Origin: Candidatus Calditenuaceae archaeon HR02
GTDB taxonomy: Archaea > Thermoproteota > Nitrososphaeria_A > Caldarchaeales > Calditenuaceae
Length of the DNA stretch: 64,000 bases
Direction of reading: 5' to 3'
Assembly: GCA_002898395.1 (NCBI GenBank)
Contig: BEHE01000007.1
Location: 9,048-73,047, forward strand
The position numbers and the translations under genes are program-made. Below, piece by piece: positions 19,638-29,824 of this stretch (positions are counted from its first letter, which is position 1; every line of letters starts with the position of its first letter). The notes beneath the pieces are model-generated. The model was given only the letters and a program-made list of their open reading frames with translations. It was not told the origin of the DNA and did no database searches.

Positions 19638-20831
19638 CTATTCCTTGAGTTCCCGAACAACCACTCGCCAAACGCCCAAGACAAGGATCGCGGCCACCAA
19701 TGGCGGTATTGCTCCGAAGAGTATGAAAACGCCTGCCCAGCCAATCATTGTAACATAGAGAGAGGTTAGTGGAGCGCCAAGCGCGACCCCTAGGAGGCTC
19801 GCTGACTGGTTGAGGCCGGAGCCAAGCCCCCTTACCTCTTTCGGTAGCGTTACCACGAGGTAGCTGGACGAGAAGATTATGGTTCCGAGGGCGAGGCCGA
19901 AGACTATTGCGGAGAGGGTGCGTGTAAGAGTTAAGCCTGCCCCAAACTCTAGTGCTAGCGCCGTGGTCATAGAGGCCAGTAGTCCGATGATGAGTGGCAC
20001 TAGTGGTGTTCTTCTCCCGGCCAGCCTCGCTGATATAGGGAATATCGGGATTGAGACCGCAGTGGAGATGGCCATGAATAGTCCTATCTGGGCGGCTGCC
20101 CCCCTCTCGTCCAGCCCGAACCTGTCTATCAGTATTGTGGGGAGGGTGCCAACCACTCCTCCAATCAGCAGGTACATGCTCAGCATGCCAATCACAGACA
20201 CGGCGACACGTCTCGCAAGAGCCCCACTCACCCGCGCTCCACCCCGCGCACTATCCCCAGAGACTGGTGGTGCGGGCAGGCCCCTTAGAGTTGCTATTAA
20301 GCTGGCTGCAACTAGTGCCCCAACCACCGCGTAGACTGCTTGAAATCCTAGGGCCGAGACCAGGCCCGCCGAGGAGCCAGATCCTAGAACGATGGCCACG
20401 GCCACAAATATCCAGAAGAAGCTTAGGGGGCGTCCCACACCGCTGGAGAAGAGGTCGCCTATTAGGGCTAGGGCTGATGGGACTATGAAGGAGTCGAATA
20501 CCGCGTGGAGAAACCTCGCAGTAAGGAGGATGCTCGGGGTTGGTGAGATCGCGTAGAGAGTCATTGCGAGAAGGTCGCCGAACATTCCTATCACCATAGC
20601 CCTCCTCCGTCCGAGGATATCGGAGAAATAGCCCGCGAAGACTATCATGGGTATGGCGACGATGGAGTAGGAGCCTGCTATGAGTCCTGCCCAGAATGCG
20701 TCGGCATTAAGGGCCCTCGCGTGAGCAGCTATAATAGGCGAGATCATCGACGTATCTATTAATGCGACGAAACCTACTGCGCCGAGGACAGCGTAAAGGC
20801 TCTTAGAGTATCCACCAATAACTTGGACCAT
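19638..20831 (-). CDS. MFS transporter
   Basis: 397 aa with 12 transmembrane-like segments and a GRR-type loop motif. Confidence 0.65.
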   Translation of the reverse strand: MVQVIGGYSKSLYAVLGAVGFVALIDTSMISPIIAAHARALNADAFWAGLIAGSYSIVAIPMIVFAGYFSDILGRRRAMVIGMFGDLLAMTLYAISPTPSILLTARFLHAVFDSFIVPSALALIGDLFSSGVGRPLSFFWIFVAVAIVLGSGSSAGLVSALGFQAVYAVVGALVAASLIATLRGLPAPPVSGDSARGGARVSGALARRVAVSVIGMLSMYLLIGGVVGTLPTILIDRFGLDERGAAAQIGLFMAISTAVSIPIFPISARLAGRRTPLVPLIIGLLASMTTALALEFGAGLTLTRTLSAIVFGLALGTIIFSSSYLVVTLPKEVRGLGSGLNQSASLLGVALGAPLTSLYVTMIGWAGVFILFGAIPPLVAAILVLGVWRVVVRELKE

Positions 20832-21282
20832 TTACGTAGAACCACCAATCAATATGATATAAACGTGTCTAAACCACGCCAGCTTAAAAGCAGCATTATA
20901 GAAAGTGGTGGCGAGGTGTGTGGAGCGTTTTAGCGTAGGCCACGCCCGACCGTCTAAGCGGCTCGGGCGATTGGGAGTGGCGCGCTGAGGGCGTCCGGCC
21001 TAAGCCTCCGCCCGTACACGCCCACCCCATCAACCCCCTCTTCTAGGGGAGCCCTCGTCGGGGCCCAAGGCCCGTTGCCAGGCCCTATAGGCCCCGATTG
21101 GCCGCCTATTTTTGGGAGTGGCTTCGGGCTTAGATGCTTTCAGCCCTTATCCACAGGGGCGCGGCTGCCCGGCGCCGCCCTGTAGGACGACCGGTAAACC
21201 GTTGGCCCCGGCCCTCCGTTCCTCTCGTACTAGGAGGACCTTTCCCTCAGGCGGCCCGCACCCCCAGTAGGTAGAAACCGAT

Positions 21283-21325
<43 letters not shown>

Positions 21326-21959
21326 AGGCGAGCAGCCTCACCCTTGGCCCCTGCTGCGAGGCCAGGAGGGGAAGAGCCGACATCGAGGTACCAAGCCGCG
21401 GGGTCGATGGGGACTCTCGCCCGCGACGAGCCTGTTATCCCTGGGGTAACTTTTCTGTCACCACCGGCCCCCACTGGTAGGAGCCGATGGATCGCTAGGC
21501 CCGGGTTTCCCCTCAGGACCCCTTGCGTTCGAGGGTCCTGTCAGGCCGGCTTATGCCCTTGCACTCTACAGCGGGTTTCTGTCCCGCCTGAGCCGACCTT
21601 TGGGCTCCTCCGATATCTTTTCGGAGGAGTGCCGCCCCAGCCAAACTGCCCACCAGCCGTTGTCCCAGGGTCAGGCCCTGGTTAGCGGGGCAGTCCGGAG
21701 TAGCCGGTGTTACATTGGCGCCTCCCCAGGCCCCCGGAGAGACCTGGATCGACGGCTCCCGGCTACGCTATGTACTCCAGACCACTCCGCAGCAACTGGC
21801 TGCAGTAAAGCTCCACAGGGTCTTCTCTCCCCACTGGGGGTTCGTGGACTGTTCGCCCACGTTATGTGGGTTCACGGGGCTCCGGGCCGGGACAGTGGGG
21901 CCCTCGTTGATCCATTCATGCACGTCGGAACTCACCCGACAAGGCATTTGGCTACCTTA

Positions 21960-22700
21960 AGCATGCCCGACCGAATGGTCGGGGTTGGACCATATCATCA
22001 CCCATTAAGGGTGCGCGGCGTATGGTCTCTGAGGATCCCGCCCTCAACTAATATTTTCCGGAGTTTCTCCGCCTTTTCAGGGTGTCTGAAACCCACCTTC
22101 TCCGAGAACTTCTCCACATTGTCCCACCCCATCACGGTTAGCCTCCATTGATAGTGTCTTCCCCATGTGTGGGGTTTTTTACGGTTATAGGTAGATGATA
22201 TCTCGTTTAACTGCAGTATGTGGTGTGCCTCTACAAGCACTTTTTTCGCGACCATGTCGATGCTGACGTAGGGATAGCGAAACTTCTTCATGCCCTGAGT
22301 CTGAACATCTATCCCGCAGTATCCTTCACTGTCGAACAGCCCCTTCACGACGTCGATATCGTGTTTAAACAATTCCGGTATCTGCGCGCTGACGAGCTTC
22401 CGCCCCTTCGGGAACCCGATCCTCAACAAGAAGTCATGTACCTTCCTAACATTCGTGGAGACTATGTAGAGGCTTTTACTTGCGCGCCGTATGTTTGGCT
22501 TGACTCCGAAAAGCTCTTCAACCGTGGCGGCGATAAAGTTGGCGAACTCGAAGTTAGGGTCTCGGCAGAAGACCGTGTAATAGTTGCCGTAGACGCCTCC
22601 GTCTCCCAGCATCACTCCAATGAGGTAGGCTAGACTCATCTGCTGTCCGCTGACCTTCAGCCTTTATAGCTGTTTCACAGGGCGGTTTCCTGCGGGTCGG
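21960..22700 (-). mobile_element. rRNA intron 1 (archaeal BHB-type, domain IV, just 5' of the GGTAGC...AAGGTAGCC block) carrying a homing-endonuclease ORF
   Basis: rRNA sequence conservation breaks between about 22700 and 21960 and resumes with CTTAAGGTAGCC. The segment contains a full LAGLIDADG ORF. Boundaries are approximate. Confidence 0.6.
21998..22639 (-). CDS. LAGLIDADG homing endonuclease (double-motif, intron-encoded)
   Basis: Motif 1 LAYLIGVMLGDGG and motif 2 VVKGLFDSEGY. 213 aa, the size of I-DmoI/I-PorI-class enzymes. Confidence 0.85.
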   Translation of the reverse strand: MSLAYLIGVMLGDGGVYGNYYTVFCRDPNFEFANFIAATVEELFGVKPNIRRASKSLYIVSTNVRKVHDFLLRIGFPKGRKLVSAQIPELFKHDIDVVKGLFDSEGYCGIDVQTQGMKKFRYPYVSIDMVAKKVLVEAHHILQLNEISSTYNRKKPHTWGRHYQWRLTVMGWDNVEKFSEKVGFRHPEKAEKLRKILVEGGILRDHTPRTLNG

Positions 22701-23444
22701 ATTCACGGTGCTACGGGATTGTTACCCGCGCGGGGTACCCATAGCCTCCTCCTTCCCCGCATACAGCCGCGTTTAACGACCCCCTTGAACTTGAGGGTCA
22801 GAGTTACCCCCGGCGCTAACCGGCCCTTATCCCGGTTGGACCCGGGGTTCAGGTACCGGTGCTGGCCAGGATTGAGGAGCCGTTCAAAGCCTTTCGGCCT
22901 AGCGGCTCCCTATGTTTTTATTAAACAGTCAGGACCCCCTTGTCACTGCGACCTACCAACCCACCCTCACCGGGCAGGAAGGCAGGCACCCCTTCTCCCG
23001 AAGTTACGGGGCCAATTTGCCGAGTTCCCTAGCCCGGAGTAACCCCAGACGCCTTGGCCTTCTCAGCCAGGGGCACCTGTGTCGGATCTAGGTACGGTCT
23101 CTCGGGATCGTTCCGGGCTCCCTTTTCACTGGCCCCAGGGTCCAGCCGAAGCGGCCTTAAGGCCGCCCCATCCCTCCATTCACCTGGTTCTCGCCATTAC
23201 GGCTCTCCCCAGGCTTGGGAGGTTAGACAGGGCTACGGCCCTGCTCGGCCTTACCTGAGGCGTCGGGAGCCCGGCTTGCGTCGCCGCACCTACCCGAGAG
23301 GCACCGGAATCTTAACCGGTTTCCCCTTCGGCCTACCCGGTTAAGGTCGGCCTTAGGACCGGCTTACTCCCGGCTGACGACGCATTGCCGGGAAACCCGT
23401 GCCCTTCCGGCGGAGGGGATATGGGGAGAGGTCGCAGGACCGTG

Positions 23445-24005
23445 TTCTCCCAAAAAGCGAACAGGTCAAGAAGGAAGGTATTGTAAACTCTGATTGAAAG
23501 TGTCCCGAATTTTGAACGTGAACTCCGTAAGCCCCACCTAACTGAAGGCTTACGGAACTGTGATAATGGTATGTTTAACAAGTTAGACCAGTATTCCTCC
23601 AGTTCCTTCACCCTGTCCGTCCACTCGTCCTTGCGGAGCTTGATTTGTAGCCTAGGCCTTAGCTCGCTTCTCGCTACTCCGAGTGTTTCGAGGAAGTTTA
23701 CCATAGCGAGTAGCTTGTTAGGATCGCTGTTGACGAATTCGAACCTCGTCTTCACAGTTTTAGGTCTTTTAGTGCCTTCACCAGCATAAAGACCAAGAAC
23801 GTACCGAATAGCACCGCTGAGACGTAACGGCGAATCTTCATTGCGCCTACGCGGCCGTTCCCGTACTTGAACCGAAGAGTCACCTTATCGTCCTCTACGG
23901 TCTTCTTAAGTACTTTGGTGTGGTCTAACGTCTCCGGAATGAGCTCTGCTAGGTCTACGTAGCTCATCCTTTAAGTAGAGTTACGTGACAACAAGTAGTT
24001 AAAAG
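23445..24005 (-). mobile_element. rRNA intron 2 (domain III region), about 560 nt, with a decayed endonuclease ORF
   Basis: AT-richer insertion between exon sequences GAGAGGTGCAGGGCCGTC (5') and GGTCCTGCGACCTCTCCCC (3'), which are mutually complementary and form a helix around the junction. The flanking exon sequence aligns to conserved domain III blocks. Confidence 0.5.
23455..23967 (-). pseudogene. Degenerate, frame-split homing-endonuclease remnant inside intron 2
   Basis: Two adjacent minus-strand ORFs in different frames (23752-23967 and 23333-23755). The second has a segment, DPNKLLAMVNFLETLGVARSEL, that resembles the second LAGLIDADG helix region of I-DmoI (NKALLEIVSRWLNNLGV). No intact first motif is present. 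Confidence 0.35.
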
Positions 24006-25198
24006 TTTGACGGCCCTGCACCTCTCTTTCCCACCCCTCTTCGCTGTCTACTACCACCGGGATCTACATTAGCGGCCGGTCCACGGGACCTCACGGCCCC
24101 GCTTCTACCCAACCGCTACGCCCCCCTACCCCCACCCACGCAGCGCGTGAGTGAGCCCGGGTTTCGGCGGCCCGCTTAGACCCGTCAATTTTCGGGGCCC
24201 CCATCCTCGGCGGGTAAGCTGTTACGCACTTCTTAGCTGATGGCTGCTTCTAAGCCTACAGCCCCGCTGTCTCAGGATGGAGACGCCCTTTGGTTTGTCA
24301 CTTAGCGGGCACTTAGGGGCCTTAACCCGCGGTCTGGGTTGTTCCCCTCTCGGTCCCGGAGCTTACCCCCGGTACCCCACTCCTGGGATCTACGGTGCCC
24401 GCGGATTCGGAGTTCGAAAGGAGAGTGGAGCCTCATCGGCCCCTTGCTCCCCCATCGGTGCTCTACCCCGCGGGCAGCCTCCCCCAGGGCTGTCCTGCGA
24501 GACACTTCGGGGGGAACTAGCTATCACCGGGCTCGATTAGCTTTTAACCCCTAGCCCCAGGTCAGGGGACCGATTTGCACATCAAGACCCCTATTCGGGC
24601 CTCCACCAGGGTTTCCCCTGGCTTCGCCCTGCCCAGGGCTAGATCGCCCGGTTTCTAGCCTCACGGGCGTGACTACAGGCCCTTTCAGACCCCGCCCCTC
24701 GCCGGAGCACACTCCGGCTGCGGGCATGTCGGTTTCCCCACGCCTACGGGCTTTCAGCCCTTAGGCTCGCCACACCCGTGAACTCCCCGGCCCGTGATTC
24801 AAGACGGAGTGCACGACCCTGGGATTGTCCCCACTCGCCCCTCACCGGGGCTTCGCAGGGAATGCCCTTTCGGGCCGTGCTCGTCTGTTACCAGCCGGTT
24901 TCAGGCGCTTTTCACCCCCCTCTCGGGGTACTTTTCACCTTTGGCTCACGCTACTGGTCCACTATCGGTCTTGGGACGTATTTAGCCTTGGAGGCCAGTG
25001 GCCCCCAACTTCCCGCACCATATCCGAGGTGCGGTACTCGGGGACCGGAGCATCGCCCCTCCAGCCTTCGCCTACGGGGCTATCACCCTCTCTGGCCCCC
25101 CATTCCAGGGGAGTTCGGCTCAGCATTCAGGGCGGGCCTCCGGCCCCATAACCCCACACTCCCCCCGAGTTAACCTCGGGGGGTTCGGTTTGGGCTGC

Positions 25199-25232
<34 letters not shown>

Positions 25233-25589
25233 TTTGATTTCTTTTCCTCCCCCTACTTGGATGCTTCCGTTCGGGGGGTTCCCGATCCCGGACTGAAGGC
25301 CCGGGAACGAGGTGGCCGAAGCCACCCCAGGAGATCCCATTAGGAGATCCCCGGATCAACGCCCGCCTGCGGCTACCCGGGGCTTATCGCAGCTTGCCAC
25401 GTCCTTCTTCGGCGCCCAAGCCGAGGCATCCACCGGCTGGCGTACCCCCGCTTAGTGCCAAGGCGCGGCCTACTTCGCCACGCTCCACACACCTCTGCGG
25501 CGCGGTCATAGGAAAGTATTAGCCTCCTCCCGCATTCATGCCCCTCAGGACTTCATGGCTGAGGAGCAAACATCTCCGTGCGCAATAGA

Positions 25590-25618
25590 TTGTTGTGGGT
25601 TGTTGCTTATAAATTTAT
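25590..25618 (-). promoter_or_regulatory. Putative TATA box/BRE for the stand-alone 23S transcript
   Basis: The reverse complement reads CCGATATAAATTTATAAGCAACAAC about 100 nt upstream of the processing-stem sequence GGTGTGTGGAGCG. Confidence 0.4.
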
Positions 25619-25630
25619 ATCGGGTATGCG

Positions 25631-27037
25631 CTAGTCTGTGATTAATACTCTAAGCTCCTCTATATCCTCTTGGAAGCTCGATCTAAGCTTGTCAACTAGG
25701 TTGACACCGTTGATCCGGAGGCGCCCCTTAACTACAATGTCCACGTCTCCGTAAACCTCGTCGATATAGTCTACCTCCTCCCATGTAGAGAGCTTCAGAA
25801 CCATCTTTGCGGCATCCGCTTGGGGGCGAAGCTTGAGAAGAATGTAAGCCCGCTCCTCTCCGAAGAATCGTCTCACCAAGTCTTCTTTGACCTCTCGCCC
25901 TAAAGCTTCACTTAGATAGCGGGCTAGCTCTTTTGGAGAGCCCCTCCTCCCGGTCGCCACAACCCTTTTGACGATCTCCTCCACAATCCTCCTGGCATCT
26001 ACCTCATCTAAGTTGTGGCCGTTTAGTTTAGCTATCTCTAGGATCAGCTTGTGACTCATATATGGGGTCACAGCATATTTCAGGGCATCCACATCGTATT
26101 CGAGCTTCTTTTGAGGCATGTAGCCTTCAGGCCTCTTAATGACCATTGACTGGTGGACCCCCGCCCTGATAGTCTTGGCCTCATCCGAGAGGGGGTGGCG
26201 CCAAGGTATCTGCACGCTTGTGAGCCTAGAAAACTCGCGATAAATTCGTGCCAGCTCCTCCCGCCTCACCCCAAGGTCATAGCCATAAACATCTTGGAGC
26301 GGTGCTACAACCTCGTAAAGGTCCGCTATCCCATTTCTATCACCGATACCTAGGATTGTGACATGCGCCTCAGCAGCCCCAGCGAGTATGGACTCAATGG
26401 TGTTGGCCGATGCGAGGCCATAGTCGTTGTGAAAGTGTGCAGCGATGGGGAGGCGGCTCCTCTCAATACAATATTCTATGAACTCCCTAGCATCGCGTGG
26501 CGTCATGAGCCCTGCTGTATCAGGCACGCTGAGGAGTGTCGCGCCGGCAGACTTCAGCTCGCCGGTAAACGTGAGAAGATCGTCGAGGACGCCGAAGTTG
26601 CGCTCAATGTAGAGCCGCGACGCATCTTCGTAGGTTACCCGGACATACTTGAGCCCCAAAGGCTTGACAAGCTCAACCGCCTCCAGCATCCTAGCCTTAG
26701 CATCATCATAGTTCATACCACCAAGCTTGTAGTTTAAGTGTAGCTGGGAGACGGCCAAGTATAGGGCTACGCCGTATAAGTTATACCTGCTCATTGCCTC
26801 AATATCATTTCTGTATGCCCGGCCATGCATAACTACTTGGACGCCGTTATCGTCTAAGAAGTTAACTAATTTGGCGCCTTCCTCGTAGGATGTCCTGGGA
26901 GGATAGTCGACAGTCACCTCAACACGCTTTAGACCCGCCTCCACGAGCAGGCTGGCAACCCGGAGCTTCTTATGGATGGGCAACACCTTGTAGAGCTCAC
27001 CTTCCCTCAATGTGGAGTCGAGGAGGACGGATGGCAA
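25631..27037 (-). CDS. LeuA-family DRE-TIM synthase (2-isopropylmalate/homocitrate/citramalate synthase-like)
   Basis: LDSTLREGE at the N-terminus and the HFHNDYGLASANT metal-binding motif. 468 aa. Confidence 0.75.
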   Translation of the reverse strand: MPSVLLDSTLREGELYKVLPIHKKLRVASLLVEAGLKRVEVTVDYPPRTSYEEGAKLVNFLDDNGVQVVMHGRAYRNDIEAMSRYNLYGVALYLAVSQLHLNYKLGGMNYDDAKARMLEAVELVKPLGLKYVRVTYEDASRLYIERNFGVLDDLLTFTGELKSAGATLLSVPDTAGLMTPRDAREFIEYCIERSRLPIAAHFHNDYGLASANTIESILAGAAEAHVTILGIGDRNGIADLYEVVAPLQDVYGYDLGVRREELARIYREFSRLTSVQIPWRHPLSDEAKTIRAGVHQSMVIKRPEGYMPQKKLEYDVDALKYAVTPYMSHKLILEIAKLNGHNLDEVDARRIVEEIVKRVVATGRRGSPKELARYLSEALGREVKEDLVRRFFGEERAYILLKLRPQADAAKMVLKLSTWEEVDYIDEVYGDVDIVVKGRLRINGVNLVDKLRSSFQEDIEELRVLITD

Positions 27038-27227
27038 GGTTGAGTTTTATTAGTTAGACTAGAATTTAAAACTTATTCGACAATTGTATACCGACTATTT
27101 TCGTCTCAAATCCCTAAAAATTAGGGAAACTATGCTTATTCAGCCAAGGTCCTAGTTGGGGGAATGGCTGAGACACCGCCATAAATCTATATCTAACAGG
27201 GGGTAACTCCTCCTCTGGTGGGCAAAA

Positions 27228-27473
27228 ATGTCCCCCTCTAAATTACTGGGCTATCTCATGGTTACCCTTTCGCCGATAGGCTTTACCTTTTACACACTGT
27301 GGTTCTTTGGACTATTGCAGGGGCTGGACTCAGATTTAGTGCTTAGGGCCACGGTCTATCTCTTGGCTGTGTCCTTCTTCTTCGTGGTTGGGGTATTGGG
27401 ATACCTTGTCGTGACAGCACCTAGGCCTAGAGTTGCCACTAATGGTGATGGAGGTGGGTCTAGGCGTGCCTAA
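27228..27473 (+). CDS. Small membrane protein (2 transmembrane helices), hypothetical
   Basis: Hydrophobic 81-aa ORF overlapping the start of the MEMO1 gene. Confidence 0.3.
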   Translation: MSPSKLLGYLMVTLSPIGFTFYTLWFFGLLQGLDSDLVLRATVYLLAVSFFFVVGVLGYLVVTAPRPRVATNGDGGGSRRA

Positions 27474-28311
27474 GAGATACCCTGCCGTGGCTGGCTATTT
27501 CTATGAGTCAGACCCCGCGCGACTAAGGAGGCAGATCGAGCAGTGCTTCACTTCTGGGCACGGGCCAGGCTCCATACCGTCTAGGGGAGGAACGGGTCCG
27601 CCGACAGTCCTCATTTCCCCCCACGCAGGCTACATGTACTCGGGGCCAGTTGCAGCTCACGGATTCTCTCAAGCCTCTAAGGGACCTCCACCAAAGACTG
27701 TAGTAGTGATTGGTCCTAACCATCACGGCGAAGGCACGGAGGTCTCGATCTATCCTCCGGGGCAGTGGGTGACACCTCTAGGCGAAATTGATATTGACTC
27801 CGAGCTTGCAAATCGCATAATCGAGGCCAGCGACTTGATCTCCATGGACGAGTACAGTCATGTATATGAGCACTCAATAGAGGTTCAGCTACCCTTCATC
27901 CAATACGTGTTTGGGCGCGTGAGGTTTGTCCCTATCTGCATGCTTAACCAGTCTATTGAGGCAGCTCAACACGTGGGCGAGATTCTCGCGAAGGTCATAG
28001 ACAGGCTCGAGGACTACCTCGTCATAGCCAGCTCAGACTTCACGCACTACGAACCACACGAGGAGGCTGTCAGGAGGGATAGAGCCGTCATTGAGAAGAT
28101 ATTGAAGCTCGACATAGAGGGGTTCTATACCGAGATGAGAGACAAGAGGGCCACTCTATGCGGGTATGGTGCAATAGGTGCCCTGCTTTGCTATGCCAGA
28201 CTGAAAGGATACACCACCCCAATACTGCTCAAATACGCTACGAGCGGCGACACTAGTGGTGACAAGTCTTCTGTTGTGGGCTATGCCTCGATAGCCTTCC
28301 TTCGGGGGTAG
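27433..28311 (+). CDS. MEMO1-family protein (AmmeMemoRadiSam system protein B)
   Basis: AGYFY, SPHAGYMYSG and HxxEHSIEVQLPF motifs. 292 aa. Confidence 0.8.
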   Translation: MPLMVMEVGLGVPKRYPAVAGYFYESDPARLRRQIEQCFTSGHGPGSIPSRGGTGPPTVLISPHAGYMYSGPVAAHGFSQASKGPPPKTVVVIGPNHHGEGTEVSIYPPGQWVTPLGEIDIDSELANRIIEASDLISMDEYSHVYEHSIEVQLPFIQYVFGRVRFVPICMLNQSIEAAQHVGEILAKVIDRLEDYLVIASSDFTHYEPHEEAVRRDRAVIEKILKLDIEGFYTEMRDKRATLCGYGAIGALLCYARLKGYTTPILLKYATSGDTSGDKSSVVGYASIAFLRG

Positions 28312-28320
28312 CCGTTACGC

Positions 28321-29748
28321 TTACTGGTTATATTTCCTGTGTAGCTCATCGGAGTATTCCCAGTACTTGAGAATGATTGGACACCACTCCTTCTCAGGAC
28401 AGTACCCCAAGTGTTTACACTTCTCGCCCATCACGCCCTTCAACCATGGAGCCGCCTTCTCCACCTCCCTCCAGAGCTTATACGCAATGGCCCTTTCCTC
28501 CCATTGGGCCGCGCTACAAGTCCTAGTCGCTAGGAACCCCATGGGGCTGAGGATGTTGTAGAGGTTGTAGCTCCTGACGACCCTGATCCTCATCGCGTTG
28601 GGGAGTGTGTAGAGGGCAGCCACAACCTCGTTCTCCTGCATGAGAGTAGAGTAGAGCGTGTGTAGTTCCTCGCAAGCATTGGTGAATAGTTGTGAGAGCT
28701 TGGGGCTAGACTTAATGGATGGGGGTACGACGAGGCCCTTCTCCGGACTCCTTGACCACCTCTCAGCAGCCTCAACCAGTGACTCAACAACGGTTGGCAC
28801 AGTCCTATGTCTTATTGCCTGGTGGTAGGCGGCGAGTGAGAGCGACTCAACTGTCAACGCCCTAACAAGGGGGGAGGCCTGCTCAGCAGCAAGGCCGTCA
28901 TGCCCTATATCCTCAATACCTCTAGGGTAATCGAAGGATAGAAGTTCGGCCTCCTCAGATGGTCTATCCCCACAAAGACGTTGGATCAGCCCATCAGGCT
29001 CCCTCAATGGGTCCGTGGCCGAGTAGTATCCCCACCGCGCCTTAAAACTGAGCCTAGAGTCTAGTAGAAGTGGTATTCTGCCGCTAGCCATCTCGAGGAA
29101 CCTGTTGACAAAGGCCCTCAGCTCCTTGCTGACTATCCCAACCCCGTCCTCCACCTTCCGGATAAAGTAGATGTGCGACTCGAGTGAGAGGGATGCGTAA
29201 AGCGAGGTGGCTGCGGCGAGCGGTGATAGGTATCGCGCATCTTCTAGTGGGACGCCCTCCCCACAGAGCGTTTTATAGGCCTCGAAGCATCTATCCATCA
29301 CCTTTGAAAATCTCCCCTCGAATTTTCCGTTCCTCAGCTCAGCGGGTGTCAGGAGCCTCTCCCTAGTCAGCGGGGCCCTCCGCTGGCTTTCCTGGAGATA
29401 GCTTCCGAAAACTGGGGCCACGAGCAGCATTGACAATAGGCGGCTACAGTTGGAGACTTCCCAGAACATGACCGCCGAAGTTGTAAGAGACGCATGCCCC
29501 CTCCTCGTTGATTCCCTGTGAACTTTTGCCGCTATCTTTGAGAGGTCCTTCCCCTTCGAGAGGGCGTCTAAGACCCGGTCCCGGATACTGACCCCCTGAA
29601 ACGTGCCGAGGCCCTCAAGAGCGATGACAACATCTGGCCCCAGCTCCAGCTCACCCTCCCTATAGACAGGCCCGGTGGAGAACAGAATGAAGACCAGCTC
29701 ATCAGTATACACGCCTTCTCGCCAAGCCACTACTACCCTCGCCTCCAT
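28321..29748 (-). CDS. Tandem ThyX-like (flavin-dependent thymidylate synthase family) protein with a Cys-rich C-terminal tail
   Basis: The C-terminal half matches the ThyX core: IRHRTVPT..., and LPNAMRIRVV...NFL...AAQWEERAIA parallels ThyX LPLNLYTRFF...NFLNLRADSHAQWEIQ. The N-terminal half resembles a second, more degenerate ThyX repeat. The tail reads CKHLGYCPEKEWC. Confidence 0.45.
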   Translation of the reverse strand: MEARVVVAWREGVYTDELVFILFSTGPVYREGELELGPDVVIALEGLGTFQGVSIRDRVLDALSKGKDLSKIAAKVHRESTRRGHASLTTSAVMFWEVSNCSRLLSMLLVAPVFGSYLQESQRRAPLTRERLLTPAELRNGKFEGRFSKVMDRCFEAYKTLCGEGVPLEDARYLSPLAAATSLYASLSLESHIYFIRKVEDGVGIVSKELRAFVNRFLEMASGRIPLLLDSRLSFKARWGYYSATDPLREPDGLIQRLCGDRPSEEAELLSFDYPRGIEDIGHDGLAAEQASPLVRALTVESLSLAAYHQAIRHRTVPTVVESLVEAAERWSRSPEKGLVVPPSIKSSPKLSQLFTNACEELHTLYSTLMQENEVVAALYTLPNAMRIRVVRSYNLYNILSPMGFLATRTCSAAQWEERAIAYKLWREVEKAAPWLKGVMGEKCKHLGYCPEKEWCPIILKYWEYSDELHRKYNQ

Positions 29749-29824
29749 TAAATCATACCTTTTTACTCACATGCCATATAGACACGGTTAATATCTAGCG
29801 AGTTTTCGTGCATTTGTAGGGGGC

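Noticed and set aside
23333-23454. The 3' extension of ORF 23333-23755 into exon sequence
   Set aside because: The read-through (…TVLRPLPISPPPEGHGFPGNASS…) is rRNA exon translated by chance. Only the intron-internal part is considered an endonuclease remnant.
23720-23750. tRNA-like T-arm sequence GGTTCGAATTCG (reverse complement) and a few other GGTTC/GAACC occurrences scanned as tRNA candidates
   Set aside because: No acceptor-stem/anticodon-arm context around them. This one lies inside the intron-2 ORF remnant. No convincing tRNA was found in the window.
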